Under the pieces are notes generated by a model. It was given only the letters and a program-made list of their open reading frames with translations, did no database searches and was not told the origin of the DNA. From positions 3,598,001 to 3,662,000 of the forward strand of contig NW_024704742.1 of the NCBI RefSeq assembly GCF_018977255.1: a stretch of 64,000 nucleotides of DNA. The letters run 5' to 3'. Each line of letters begins with the position of its first letter. Position 1 is the stretch's first letter. Of the stretch, positions 1 through 13,235 are shown one piece after another. The DNA is from Callorhinchus milii. Its lineage: Eukaryota. Both the position numbers and the translations under genes were made by a program.

Positions 1-929
1 AACTTCGAACACAGCTTCTCCTCCCGCCCACCCACACACCCGCCCGCCCGCCCCCAGCCACACACAACACATTTGTAGATATTGTACCAGTGCTCATTCA
101 GCAGCCTATTTGCTGGCTAAATGCCCACAGATCCACACACTATTTGACATCCCGCTGCTCAATCTGGCTTGCAATACATAATTGCCCGTGTGAAAACCAT
201 GGATGTGGGACCTCTCTTTTACGGTAGTTTGGAGCTTTCAAAGCCTGCCCATCACAGGCCAATTCAAGATAACTGTTTCCAATTTAGGAAATGTTGTCCT
301 TTTTTTAAGAAAAATTGCCAATATTGTAAAGTCTTTGTCCAATTACTGTATGTCAACAGCAATATACTATACTCGAGGCCCCAGATTTATCGTGTTATTA
401 GCCTCAAAACCACTGCCTGAAGTCTTTAGATAGTTCTTAAATAAATTCATTCTTAATTCGAAAGTGGGTTTTCCACACTTCTGTTTTTCTCGGGTGATGC
501 AGGAAAACAGGTTTCAAGTTGAGACCAAATTTGAGAATTGTGCAAAACCTTAAATTTGTAAGGGAAATGGCCATAAGAATAAAACCATGACATGTTTAGG
601 TCTTGGATACAAAGTGATGTAAAATGTGCAAAGTCTTTATCTATCCGACTATGTCATACAGTCTGGAGTACATTTATAAAACAGTGAGAAGTAAGCCCAT
701 GCTACTGTTAATCACATAAGATCATAAGATCAGTTTGGATGAAGAAGGTCCTTTGGCCCATCCAATCTCATCCTTCTTGAACATCCACCCTATTCCGTCA
801 CTGCATCAAGCGGCTTTATTGTTCTTTCAACATATTGGTCATGAATATTGGTGTCCTGGCCAGCAATCCCCCAAATAAAATTGCTCATTCATTTCCTGGC
901 TGTTTTGTGGGGCGCTGCTGTGCGCAAAA

Positions 930-1180
930 GGAAGGTTTTCAGGCGGGACTTGAAAAAGGGGAGAGAGGGGGCAAGGCGGTGGGATTGAGGGAGAGTATTC
1001 CAGAGTTTCGGAGGGTATTGGCTGAAAGCACGACCTCCAATGGTGGAGCAGAAGGTGCGAAGGGATTTGAACACGAGCGCGAGAAGATCTTGAAGTCGAT
1101 CCGTTCGGTCACGTGAAGCCAGTGGGGCCTGGCCCAGAACTGGTAAGATGGGGGTACGGAGTTTAGTCCGGGTCAGTATG
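930..1180 (-). mobile_element. L2-clade LINE 3' fragment inserted in a Deu-type SINE
   Basis: GGRAFSQYPPKLWNTLPQSHRLAPSLPFFKSRLKT is the L2 ORF2 C-terminal motif; SINE pieces at about 845-925 and 1260-1360. Confidence 0.8.
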
Positions 1181-1410
1181 CCAATAGGAGCTCAGACCTA
1201 CATTTGACCGGTGTTTGATAACCGAGGTGTTTATATGTTTAGCAACTACATTCCATAATATTTCGCGCACAAAGCGCACAGTCATTGTATTTTACAGTAT
1301 ATCCTGTGAAGCCCATTGGAACGTCCTCCTGACATGAAAGGCACTCTAAATATTATTATTAGTAGTACTGTTTTTATACTAATTTGCAACTTGGAAACTA
1401 TGTAACTACA

Positions 1411-2240
1411 AATAATGATAATCCATGCATTTGATATAGCACCTTATGTCATTGAGGCGTCTCAAAGCGCTTCATAGAATCTACTGTAAAGTGAATTGAC
1501 TGCATATTTTGTGCCAGTCAATTGTGTTCAGCAGCGTCCCACAAACAATTGTGGGTTTAGTTCTGGGCACCACACTATAGGGAGGATGTTAAGGCATTGG
1601 AAAGGGTGCAGAGGAGATTTACGAGGATGGTACCAGGAATGAGGGACCGTGATTTTGAGGAAAGGCTGGAGAGGCCGGGATTATTCTCATCGGAGCAGAG
1701 AAGGTTACGAGGAGACCTAATAGAGATCTTCAAAATCGTGAGGGGATTTGATAGGTGAGAAAGGGAAAAAGTGTTTCCACTGATGGGTGCGTCGGTGACT
1801 CGAGGTCACAGATTCAAAGCAGTCTCTGAAAGAAGCCGAGGGGAGGTGAGAAGAAATGTTGTCACGCAGCGAGTTGTTCGAATCTGGAATGCATTGCCTG
1901 AAAGGGCGGTGGATTCGATAACTACTTTTAAAAACGGGGTGGACGGGTATTTGAGGAGGACGGGTCTGCAGGGTTGCGGGGAAAGGGCTGGGGAGTGGGA
2001 TTGGCATTACATTGCTCTTTTCAAATAGCCTGCACAGACTCGATGGGACGAATGGCCTCTTTGTGTGCAGTACGATTCTATGATTCAAGTGACCAAATTA
2101 TCATTATTATTATTATTTTTGGAGGGATTACTACCCCCAGAAAACGATCTGCCAATCGACTAACAACCGCTACGACTAACAACAGTTATAACTAATAACC
2201 GGCTTCCTACTTACTGCTAGTTAAACAGAGGCGTGTGGAG
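1411..2240 (-). mobile_element. tRNA/CORE/Deu-type SINE split by the CR1 insertion (pieces 1411-1555 and 2087-2240)
   Basis: The two pieces join to give the SINE body seen at 55506-55856 (...cccacaaaca..gtgg | ..aagtgaccaa...aatcgactaacaacc...cagaggcgtgtggag). Confidence 0.8.
1556..2086 (+). mobile_element. CR1/L3-clade LINE 3' fragment (ORF2 C-terminus + 3'UTR)
   Basis: Translates to FWAPHYREDVKALERVQRRFTRMVPG...RRLRGDLIEIFKI...TRGHRFK...TQRVVRIWNALP with a stop; ends in the CR1-type tail attctatgattc. Confidence 0.92.
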
Positions 2241-2795
2241 GAAGGAAAAATAAAGATAGATACACATCACACTCGATCTCCTATTTGTATTATTGCAATG
2301 ATTTATCTTTGTGTAAACAAGGTCAATGACGGACAAAAGAATTTCAAGCAACTAGTCCTTGGGACAAATCAAACTGCCACGTATTATTACTGTAGGTATA
2401 ACGAGGTGTGTCTTTACCAGATTTCATCTTAAACTAAAGCAACGATCCGAGGCAAGAGATTGATACGTTTTTTTAAGACACAATCTGCATCTAATACTGT
2501 ACCACTTCTATTCTCTCTGAGATCAAGGTACGTTGGTGCCTTGCCTGTTAGCAGTCCAGCCTGGCGACTAACTGTCCTGAGGTCAGTTTATAGTGCAGTA
2601 TATCCAAAGCACTCCATTTCCCGGCAGCAAAGTGGCTTTTTATATAAAAAAAATCAATTTGAGTTTGAGCTATATGACGCACGGCGTGTGTACAAGTAGT
2701 TTATTCTTCTTTCTCGCTGCTGTGTAAGTCTCTCCTGCCGCTACACATCTCGATTTCTTCAATTTTTTAAAAAAAATGCATTATTGCACGGATTA

Positions 2796-2910
2796 TTAAT
2801 AATAATAATCCTTGCATTTGATATATTGCTTTTCACGCCTTCTCGACGTCTCAAAGCGCTTCACAGAGTAGACTGTAAAGTGAATTGACTGTATATTTGT
2901 GGGCGAATTA
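2796..2910 (-). mobile_element. SINE 3' fragment with (AAT)n tail
   Basis: aataatccttgcatttgatat...aaagcgcttcacaga...tgtgggcgaa. Confidence 0.85.
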
Positions 2911-3499
2911 TGTGAATGGAGCACAGCTTGAGGGATGAGTGAGGTTTATTAGTTGCTCAGTTAGTCGCTGCTATTGCTTGTGTTGTCACGCGAACCCCAA
3001 AACGTATCCGGGGCCCATCACGGCACCTATTTATCTACTGTATTATCCTAGATCTGTTTTTGTGCCACATTGATCTGCGGAAACACCATCTCCCGAGATA
3101 CAGTGGCTTGTTTTCCTGAATCGTGCTCGGGTACAGACAGATGGATCGACACTCGGCGCAGATATCAGTAAGAGCAAATAATGGCTCCAAAGGGTCTGCG
3201 CTCACAAGGAATTGTCTGTGCATCAGCAGAGGTGATTGATGGAATCTAAAATAAAATCATTTTCTGTCCCCTGACCTTCACCCCCACCCCCCCCTCCCAC
3301 CCCATCATTTTATTGCTGGCTATTATTCCAAGGCATCTTTCTTCTTCCTGCTCTTCATTATGCAAAGACGTACAAAGAACCCACAGCACTGAAAAGGGGC
3401 CATCAGCCCAACTCGTCTGTGCCAGTGTTTATAATCTGCGAGACCCCATCTGTCCTCCACCTCAGACACCTCTGTTCCCTTCTCTCTCACGACTACACC

Positions 3500-3660
3500 G
3501 AGTCTCTTCTTAAATGTCAACCCTTCCTCTTCGACCGCGCCTACGGTCACCTTCCCCCTCCCTCTGGCTCGGCCACGGGCTCCGCCATTGTTAAGCCCTC
3601 TGAGATGCCGCCCCAGCATAGAGGGCGCTATATAAATGCAAGTTGTTGTTGTGGTGGTGG
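3500..3660 (+). mobile_element. L2 LINE 3' end
   Basis: ctcttcgaccgcgcc...gagggcgctatataaatgcaag(ttg)n; same tail as 26106-26511. Confidence 0.85.
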
Positions 3661-4467
3661 TATATAAGGCATTTCCTCCTCCCTATTAGATCTGTTAGTG
3701 GCTATCTTATATTTCTTATGTACTCCCCAACAAGTGGAAATAGTCTATATCCGTCCACCTTAATGAACCTCATCAAAATGTTGTGAGAAGATAACTGATA
3801 ACTAACTGATGTCTGAAGTATAAACGTAAAGTTAAATTAACACAGAATAATCAGAGCAAATTGTTTTGGTCAGCCGGGTGTCTTACACGTGCCGAAAGCC
3901 AACACCGTGCTTAAGACTATCTGAACCAGACTAAAAGTTCCACATAGCACCATCACGTACACACGGAAGAGTTGAGCTGAGGAGGCAGAGAGAGAGGGGA
4001 CTTTGGTTCTTCCCTCGAAGTTCCAAATACAACCCAAGTTTCTAAGTTCAGCCGCAAAGCGTTCAGCAGGGACACGGCTTTTCCTGTAACGGAGAGAAGA
4101 AAACAGAAGCTGACTTGAGAATCAGCCCAAATTCCTCTTCTGCACCACCCAGGAGTGAGATCGTGAGCGGTGTTGGCAAAGTCCAACACCGGTCAAGACT
4201 TAAGAATAGTCCGCAATGCGGGAACGGCACACGACAAAGGCTGTAAGCGGGTGGTTGGGGTGGGAGGGGGGGGGACGACGACAGAAAGTTCAAGAAATAA
4301 AGATTAAAACAGGAAGAAAGTAGCTCAAATGAAAAGAGAGGGAAAAGAGAGAGAAAAAACGAATAGCGAAGAAGAGAAAATGAACCCTATATAAAAAAAC
4401 CCTGACAGGGTTTTCCGGTTGGTAAAGACTACTAGCATTTCTGATGTGCCCTTCGCTTGGGGTAACT

Positions 4468-4590
4468 TATCATGTGAACTCACTCCATCATGTAACCCTG
4501 ACTTGGTATCTGTCATGTAACTTCGACATGGTATCCATCAGTCATATAACCTCGACACGGTACCTGTCATGTAACTGGAGCATCAGTCAC
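4468..4590. repeat. Degenerate minisatellite, about 24-29 bp unit (TCATGTAACcTcGACaTGGTAtCtG), about 4 copies
   Basis: tcatgtaaccctgacttggtatctg / tcatgtaacttcgacatggtatccatcag / tcatataacctcgacacggtacctg / tcatgtaactggagcatcag. Confidence 0.8.
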
Positions 4591-6199
4591 GGTTGCTATT
4601 AAGAAGCAGTTTCGAAAGCGTTCCCGCAGCAAGTTATACAACGGTCTGCTGTGAAACACTTCCTGGATAGGTTCAGAAAACAAGATAACTCTGGAGTTCA
4701 CAGTTACTCACAAATTAGGAGGGCAGTTTCGTAAGTGCCGATGTAATGACCTTGGCAGTTTTTTTTTTAAAAAAAAGAAATCAGCACACATTTGGTTTCA
4801 CGCAACAGCTGCAAAAAATGATTCCCTTCATTTCCGTGGCTGAGTATTATCAAGCAAGGAATTACAAACGTGGGATGAACAACAGAGCACGGAGGATAAT
4901 CGACACCTGGCAGTGATTACTAGCCAGTAATCTCATCAAGGGAATGCGGATCAAACCTCAACAAAGCAAAGCTTGCTCACTTCGGCACCATCACGTGAAC
5001 CTTCAAACGAGATTAAAGACTTGAAATTTCTGCTGGATCTTTTTCTTTTAAAAAAAATCAATGCCCACTGTGAACTCCGTGCCTGCATTCCATTGAAGGA
5101 CTAGATCCCCCCCCCCCCCCACCCCCCACCCAAAAACAAAAAACCAGCAGCTCTCGGTTAAATGGTTGAAGCCATACTTAATACTGGATGGCAATCTTCA
5201 CACGATTGCCGAATAACCGTGATAAGACAAATGCATCCAGAAATTATTTGCGCTTCACCCAACAATGGGATGTAGTTCATTTTTGCCATGAATTTGGATG
5301 TCCCCGGCACTTCACAATAAGAACGTGCGTTGCGTTATTTAATCACCCCCTGCAGTCCTGACTTGCTTAACCAGGTTGTTAATAACAGATCTGATCGAAG
5401 TCAATATCCAGTAATTTGCTTAATGTTCTTTGGTCAGCTGTGTGGGCAATGAGATCATCTAGGAATCTGGCTTTTAGTAATAGCCCAACTTGGTGTGTTC
5501 CTCATCTCTTGGGTTTCTTACAAGTATTCCAGGTATTGTTGGTCATTAAGTTTCTTCAATGATGATTAAAAACAGAGCTCGGTGGAGCTCCCAGCAGGTC
5601 AGGTTTACCCATTGATGGACAGGTTTAATTTCCTCCTGCAGGTAAAAATCTGTGTCTTCTCACATTTTGGCGGATTTGTTGGCCAACGTACCCGACACTG
5701 TTTTTGTAAAAGATCTTGCAGTTATCGTAACATTCAACGCACTTTAAGTTCATTTAGTCGAGGGGTGCCGTCAACTGAGAAAACTGAATCAGATCTCTTT
5801 TGCGAGCCTTTGGACACAAGACATTTCAGAAGATTGTTTGGTGAGAACTAAAACAACTGTAAAACTTTCCAAATAACTTTGAAAAACATAACGCAACGCC
5901 CTAACCGTTTCTGCTCGGTCATGAATTCTTGAGTGGAGACTAGACACAAATAGAGTGAGTAGGAACATCGACTAGTCATCAAGAGTTTCTCGCAGATACC
6001 TTCTTGGCACCTCAAGATTAGTCCTGGCACATAATCATAGCCTTCAAGACCATTTCGTATTGCAGTTCAACATGGTGCGAAATTCTTAAACGCGAGCTCG
6101 ATTTGGAAACCTGCTTTCTGCAGTTCCTAAAAGAACCGCTTTCCAAACCAGAAATGGATTGAGGAATTTTCCACCATTCTGCTCAGTGTTCGTGTGGCA

Positions 6200-6595
6200 G
6201 GCTGGCCCAGTTGGTAGCGCTCTCACCTCCGAGTCGGAAAGTGTGGGTTCAAACCCCTGGTCGCGATCTGGAATCACATAGTCTAAGATGAAGCTCCAAT
6301 GCAGTGCTCAGAGGGCTGCCTCATAATTGGAGGGATCGTCCTTTGGTTGAGACGTTAAACCGACCATCTGCCTGTTCAGGTGGATGTCAAAAACCCCATG
6401 GCACTATCCAAAAACAGAAGGGAGTTTGCCCTGGTCAACGATCCCTGAAATAAAACTGGGACTCACTTCATGGCTGTTATTAGGGACATCACGGTGCACA
6501 AGTTTGCCTACAAAACACACAGTCACACCACTTTGCAGTACATCCTGTGAAATGCTTTACCTGACGTGAAAGATGTTGTTTTATTATTATCATTA
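6200..6595 (+). mobile_element. Full-length tRNA-head Deu-domain SINE (SacSINE1-like)
   Basis: A box (ggcccagttgg), B box (ggttcaaaccc), central gagacgttaaacc...caggtggatgt...ccatggcactat, L2-like tail. Confidence 0.85.
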
Positions 6596-7142
6596 AACTT
6601 CCCTTGTCTGGCCACCACCTGGAGCGTTGGCTTGACAGGTGCAATCTGCCCCTGTGTAGTGTAATGTCATATACTTAACATTACAAATCAATTTTTCTTT
6701 CTGTCTTCTCTTCTACTCATCGAACACTTGGGAGAAAGCAGGATAATTGGGATGGGATAGTTGCTACTTGGAATAGCACCTCTGTATTACCCACTCACAC
6801 TGCTAACAAAATGCAGTTAGGATGCAATGTGAAACATTGATATTGTGCAATAATACACCTAACTTGGGCGTCACAAGAGTTTGTCCATGTGACGCAAACT
6901 GGCCATCGAGGAAGGTTTGCTTCAGGCATGAATCGTCTCATATTATTTTATGTCGCTTTGGAACAAAGCAACAAAGGTCCGATGGATTGTCTGATCACGC
7001 ACATTGCTGTGTGCTCAGTCCCTCCAGACTACACATCTTCCCACATATAAAGAAGCTTGGAACAAGTTGCTAATATCACAACTTGCCAAACAGGAGATGG
7101 GGGAAACAAATCACTTTTTGTTTTAAAAAAAATGTTAGAAAG

Positions 7143-7460
7143 ATAATAATCCTTGCATTTGATGTAGCGCCTTATCACGTCTTCTCGTCGTCTCAAAGCG
7201 TTTCACAGAATAGACTGTAAAGTAAATTGACTGTGTATTTTGTGGGCGAAACGCGGCAGCCAATTGCGCACAGCAGCGTCCCCACAAACAGCCGTGGATT
7301 GAGATGACGAATTTATTATAATTTATTGTTTTTTTTCATGAGGGATTATTACCAGGCGCGTGGAGCAGGGAAACTTGCCCAAGGTTTCGTCCTGCCGGGA
7401 ATCAAACCCGGTTTTCTCGCTTGTGAGGCGAGTGCTCTAACCGCTGAGCTACAGCACTCC
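7143..7460 (-). mobile_element. Full-length tRNA/CORE/Deu SINE
   Basis: Head ggagtgctgtagctcagcggttagagc, CORE-like ccttgggcaagt, shared tail. Confidence 0.88.
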
Positions 7461-7589
7461 TTCGAATAGGGCATCACTGGGTGAAAGGAGAAGCATGTTC
7501 CTTAATCTTCAACAAAAAGTGGCATTTAGAAATACTGCAATATTAATTCTTGGGTTTAATTATGAACCTAAAGTGTCAGAGAATCTCAA

Positions 7590-7990
7590 AGGGTTTCCAA
7601 AAGAATTGCGTTAAAGTGCAGTGACTGCATATTTGTAGGCAAATACATCAGCCAATTCACACACAACAGACAAGCAACGGGATTGTTTGTATTGAGGTCA
7701 CACGACCAACGTACCACAAATAGCCATGAAGCGAATGACCACTGTTTACAGGGAGAATTGTTGGCCAGAACACTCGAGAAATCGCCTTCTCTTTTCAAAT
7801 AACATCATGGGATTTTTAATATCCGTCTGGATCTCAGTTTAATCTCAGTCTCAGATGAAGGATGGACATCACTGGCGACACAGTGTTCAGCGTTGCACTG
7901 GAGTTTCAGTCTAGACTGGGACTTCATGGGACTTCAACCCCAACCTTCTGCCTAGAGTCAAGTGTGCTACCCACTGAGCAATTTAACTGG
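7590..7990 (-). mobile_element. Diverged Deu-domain SINE (SacSINE1-like)
   Basis: Reverse-complement similarity to 6200-6595. Confidence 0.75.
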
Positions 7991-9212
7991 TCCCAAATTT
8001 GAAAATGCTGTCGTTACCCTCTCAATCCTTTTATTTAAAAAAAAATACGAGAAAATTCAAGTCCTAAGTAACATTGCGATACTCCTTCATGCGTTAATAT
8101 TTTATTAAAGTTGGCTCGCGAGTCGCAAAGATGTCCTGGTTTATGCAGATGGTTTGTGCACAGTTAATTTATTCAGAACACCAGTCAGATGAACACAATC
8201 CAGACAGTTTCACTGGCAACAGATCACTGGCAACAGATCACAAGGGAAAATTCATGAGCAATAGGCTTGTTCGTACTGTGCAACTTGAGGTTACAGAAAA
8301 TAGCGGTCGGTGTTTATTTCATTCCAATTAAAATAATTCAGCAAAATATAAAGTAATTTGAGAAGTGCAGCAAAAGTTAACTGTATATGTAAAGTGCAAT
8401 GGGAATGTTTCGTCTGTATTTCTGTGCACTGCGCCCCCGCCCCCCAAAAGAAAATGCAACCACTTTAACCATGGTTTTGCGTGGTCTAAATCACACTCTA
8501 GTTTTGAGCAATGCAGCTGCTATTTGCAATCTAACCACTCGTAACCAGCCTCTGTTGAAAGAAGACGCAGTAAAAGAAGAAAACAGAACTGCAAAAAGTC
8601 ACAAAGAATGCAAAAAGCAATTAAGTACAAAAGTCTTGCATTATGATAAATATCTCCATGACCGGAACAGATTACTCACTGATGACAAACGAACATGGAT
8701 TATGGCCAGCGTCACGATCAATTTAAAATATTTATTGCGTTACATGACCGAACGCAATCTATTCCAAAACCTGTAGAACATTTTAAAATGGAAAAATAAA
8801 AACCCTCATTAAATTGTCAAAGTCTGGTGACCAAGAACATGGTCAGACAGCGATTATTATTGGCCATTTATACGGTTTAAGAAAATCAATTGTAATGCGA
8901 GTGAAACCTGCGGAATTATTTTTATTGGCATAAAAACATCTTTGCACAATGATTGTAAAAATATTTATATCTTCAAACCCTCTTGGCTTAAGTCTAGAAA
9001 AGGCTGATGTGAACTCTAAATTGTTGTAAAAATAGTTTAGATGTGCCAGTGTGCAATTATACACACTGGAACATCCATACTATTTTTACAACAATCATAA
9101 TACTTACATTTGATATAGCACCTTTCACCATGAGAGCACTTCACCGGCTGTACTGTAGAGTGACTGTATTTTGTGAGCAAATACTTGCGCGAACATGTTT
9201 TTTGTGTTTGTC

Positions 9213-9622
9213 AGCCTGGCTCAGTTGGTAGCTCTCTTGCCTCAGAGTCAGGGATTGTCGGTTCAAGCCCTTTTCATGACTAAAAAAAAACCCCATCGTC
9301 TTGGCTGACATTCGAACGCAGTGCTGGATGTAATGTATGCTGCTTTTTTTTTTTTTGGATGAGACGTTAAACCGAGGTCACGTCTGCCCGCGGCACTGTT
9401 CGAAAAGAAACGAGTGTTTCCTCCCAGTAATCTGGCTGAAAATCCTCCAGAAATAATGGGTCGTTCACGTCATGGCTGTTTTGTGGGACATTGTTATGTG
9501 CAAGTTGGCTGTCGCGTTCGTCTGCTAAACATACAGTCACTTCACTTTCAAATCCTGTGAAGTGCTTTGAGACATCGCCGCAATGTTATGAGGTGCTATA
9601 TCAAAGGCAAGGATTATCATTG
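9213..9622 (+). mobile_element. Full-length Deu-domain SINE (SacSINE1-like)
   Basis: gcctggctcagttggtagc head, ggttcaagccc B box, Deu core, tail gctatatcaaaggcaaggattat. Confidence 0.85.
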
Positions 9623-11539
9623 TTTTTATCCTCTCGTATTTTAACGATTTGTAAACTCATCAGAAGTTGACCTTATATCTCCTTATGCCTCACCCTCTGT
9701 TATTTGTTGTTACCTGAAGAAGCAATCTTACGTCAGAGTTCAAATGACCAACATGCTGCTAACTGAACACTAGGAAATGTCCTTTTTGTACAAAGGTTAC
9801 AGGTTTGTGATAGTGCAGCTGCAAATTTGCATTCAAGATAACCTTCTTCTCGGTATCCATTGAGAATAAACAGTGACCGCACAACTAAAGGGTCGGAAGC
9901 CATATTTCGAACAAGGAAAATTGACCAGAGAGCCAGAACTTAACGTCCAAAAAGACTGTTAACAATTGAGCAGCTGCATAAATATCTTAGGTACTTTATA
10001 CGCCATTTGTCTTTAAAGGGGAATTATATGGCTTGTTGACTTGATTAAACGTACGTAACAAGAACTGGTGGGAATCATTAATCATACTTACGTCTGCTTC
10101 TCTCCAGGTAACTGGGGCAGTTGAGTCAATTTATACATTTTCAACAATAGCCTCAGAGAAACAATACAACAACCATTGAATTAAATACTTAATTCCCTTG
10201 TGCTACTAAATATCCAGTCAGAAAACCCTCCAAACTGAAATAATTAAGCAATTACCAGATTTCAATAACTCTGAAACTAGTTATTAATACCGACCCAAAT
10301 AACTGAAACTTAAAAAAAAACACTTAACGCTTCAATAAAAGCAAGGAAACATAATCCCAGAGTGGATAATAATAGTACAAGGCTGTCACATAATTTGGAT
10401 GATGATAAAAATACAAACAGATCATTATTCGGGAGGGAGAGGAGTTTGGCTTCAAAACTGAATAGCAATGAACAGGACAGCACTTGTATTTACGTGCTCT
10501 GTTTTCCTGCTCTTGTGCGATAAAAGGTTGAGAATTGATAGACAGATAAATATTATTCTCATGGGAATGTTGTTGTTCCACAGGGAGAGGACGAGGGGGC
10601 TATTTTACGCCTTTATTTCCTTGTTGCTGAGACTGAACAGTAGATTAGAGGCCTGTTTTTATTTGGCTTTATCACAGTCCTGTAGACTGACACCATGTCT
10701 ATTTCCTTAGTCTCTATGCCATCTTACATCCAAGCATCTGGTTGTCTGGTGCAGGTTTTCTTGCTTCTGTACCAACCCGGTTGCAATTAATTTGAGCATG
10801 GGAATGTTCACAATTGGTAGCTCCGATCACCGCAGGTGCTAATGTTGGCCACCGCATTACTGCCGGTAAAGTGAACAAACCACAAAATCAGCCAAACCCA
10901 TTCCGTATTTCAATGTTTCAATTATTTGCACACCAGTGGAAATTCGAGCAAGGACCAAGCCAGGTCAAAGCCAGGTCAAATAAAACGTGCGAAATAAAAG
11001 TTTTCTCGATATATTTGCTGAAATTATAAAAGGCCATTTGCATCGACTAACCCAAGTTGACGTCCATCTCAAACCTGTAATTTGCAGCTCGCTGAATTTG
11101 GTTAATCAGAGAGCCGAAGGGAGAAGGAAACTGTCAACTGTGCACATTGTGCATTAGATGGATAGGTCAACACTGTCGAACACTGATAGAACTCAATGCC
11201 GAAGGTCCTTGATGACATGGGGAAAATGCACTATGTGATGTGATAATTAATCACGAGGGTCTTGCAAAAAATTGAAATCCGGCCGGATTTACTTGCTGGA
11301 GAGCTGCCTAAATATCACTTCAAAAAAAAGTAAAAATGTTTAGTTAAAAGTTTTAGTAACTAGAAATCAAAACAATTCACTCGCTCTAGTCAAAATCACT
11401 GATGACTCAATCCTGACTGGGCCAGCGATAACCATTTTCCACAACCTTAGTCCCTCCTCTTGGGTAAGTAAGCAAGAGAGTGAACCCAGAATATTTCCAG
11501 ATAAACCAAGGCAGGACAAGAGGGAACGGCTTCAGGGCT

Positions 11540-11760
11540 GTGAAGAGAAATGTGAGGACAAACATCAGGAATTATTATTTTGCAATTATCGGGGCAATTA
11601 ACAGCTGGAACTGATTCCCAGGAGGCATGGTAGAGGTCAGGACACTGGACTCACTTGAAAAAAAAAGCTTGTTACTGGAATAAAAGATAGCAGGGTTGGT
11701 AGTTTGAAAGAGCGAGATCAAATGAACTGAAAGGGTCTTCTTCATACAAATTGCTCTGAC
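11540..11760 (+). mobile_element. Degraded CR1 3' fragment
   Basis: Similar to 45450-45635; ends in aaagggtcttcttcatacaaa. Confidence 0.55.
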
Positions 11761-12004
11761 TAAATCCAGATTAATGGGACAATATTCTCCTCTGCTGGCT
11801 ACAAGGGCTCTTTGTGAAGTGAGTTTGAGCTGTTATTAACTCAGTTTAGAATAGATATGATTGCATCAAATTGCAACACTGATCGATCGTAAGGAGTGGG
11901 TAACGGAAGCATACGTTCATGCTGGTGATGCGAAGGATCCTTTTTCTGAGATCAGACCAAAAAGATGAAGCTTTAGTTTGCAGCTGAAGGTTAACAAGAC
12001 CACA

Positions 12005-12252
12005 TTAATACTTGCACTTATATCGTGCCCTCCACACAGGCCGGGTCTTAAAGCGCTTATGTGGGAGCACAACTGCGCACAGCAATGTCCCACAAACAGC
12101 CATGAAATGAATTACCATTTTTTTTATTTGGGGAATTGTTAGCCAGGACACGGGGAGTAACTCACCTTTCTTTTCAAAGAGGGCCATGAGATCTTTAACA
12201 TCCTTCTGAACAGGCAGACAGGATCTCGGTTATTGTCTCATCTGAAGGACGG
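12005..12252 (-). mobile_element. Partial Deu-domain SINE
   Basis: gcgcacagcaatgtcccacaaacagc...gccatgagatctttaacatcc...tctgaaggacgg. Confidence 0.8.
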
Positions 12253-12844
12253 ATAGGTTTGAACCAATTCTTGGCAGTGAACAAAGCAGTATTTATCCCA
12301 ATGTTAAACAGAATTGGGAATCCTGAGTGAATAGCGAGGAAAAGGCAGCAGAAAATAACCCAAAGCTCTTTTGTTCCTACGACAGAGAATGCTAATTTTC
12401 AGAAGCCACCGGTACAAAACTGAGACAGCACTAAACCAACTGATTTACTGCACGGTCTATGTATATGAAAGGTCTTGCAACTTCCTGAGAGTACTGTTAC
12501 CTGGAAAATTCACTGTTATCAGCACGGCTATCTACGTACACCAGTCGTAAAAGCAAATAATCAAATAGCATCTAACAGTAAGCACAGCCCACGTGCACTT
12601 TATTTTACCACTGTATTTTGGTACTGTAATCGAGTGGGTCAATCAGTTTATTATAACCCATGAGCTGACAGCAAACAATGAACAGATTTTGACTTTTCAG
12701 GCAATGTTGTGCTGCTCATACATCATTGGATGTACAAGGAGCTAAAAAAAAAAGCTATATATTGAGTGAGGATTGTACAACACCAGACAGGGATCCAACT
12801 AGTGAAGACAGTGCCACTAAACCTAACATGACGCCGCTCAAAAA

Positions 12845-13235
12845 TGATAATAATAATCCTTGCCTTTGATACAGCACCTTATCATCTCAAAGTGCTTCGC
12901 AGGATATACTTTCAAGGGGATTGACTGCGTATTTTTGCGGGTGACTCGAGTCAGCCAATTGCACATGGCAGTGTCCTACAAACAGCTGAGTGACCGATTT
13001 TATTTGGGGGAAAATGTGTTGGCCAGGACACTGGGAGAAACCCTCTTCTGGTTTCGAACAGTGCCATGGGATCTTTAACATCCACCTGAACGGGCAGACA
13101 GCACCTCTGACAATGCAGGACACCCCCAGAGTTGGACTGGAGGGTCATGTTCAACTAAGTGATTCCAAGTCCCAGAGTGGGTCTTAAACCCACAACCTTC
13201 TGACTCAAGAGATGAGAGTGCTGCCACTGTGCCAA
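12845..13235 (-). mobile_element. Near full-length Deu-domain SINE
   Basis: Tail, Deu core and tRNA head all present in reverse orientation. Confidence 0.85.

Noticed and set aside
4468..4590. CRISPR-like array
   Set aside because: Eukaryotic context; the units are degenerate tandem copies without unique spacers; no cas genes.
8399..8776. 125-aa plus-strand ORF
   Set aside because: No recognisable domain or splice context; length is compatible with chance.
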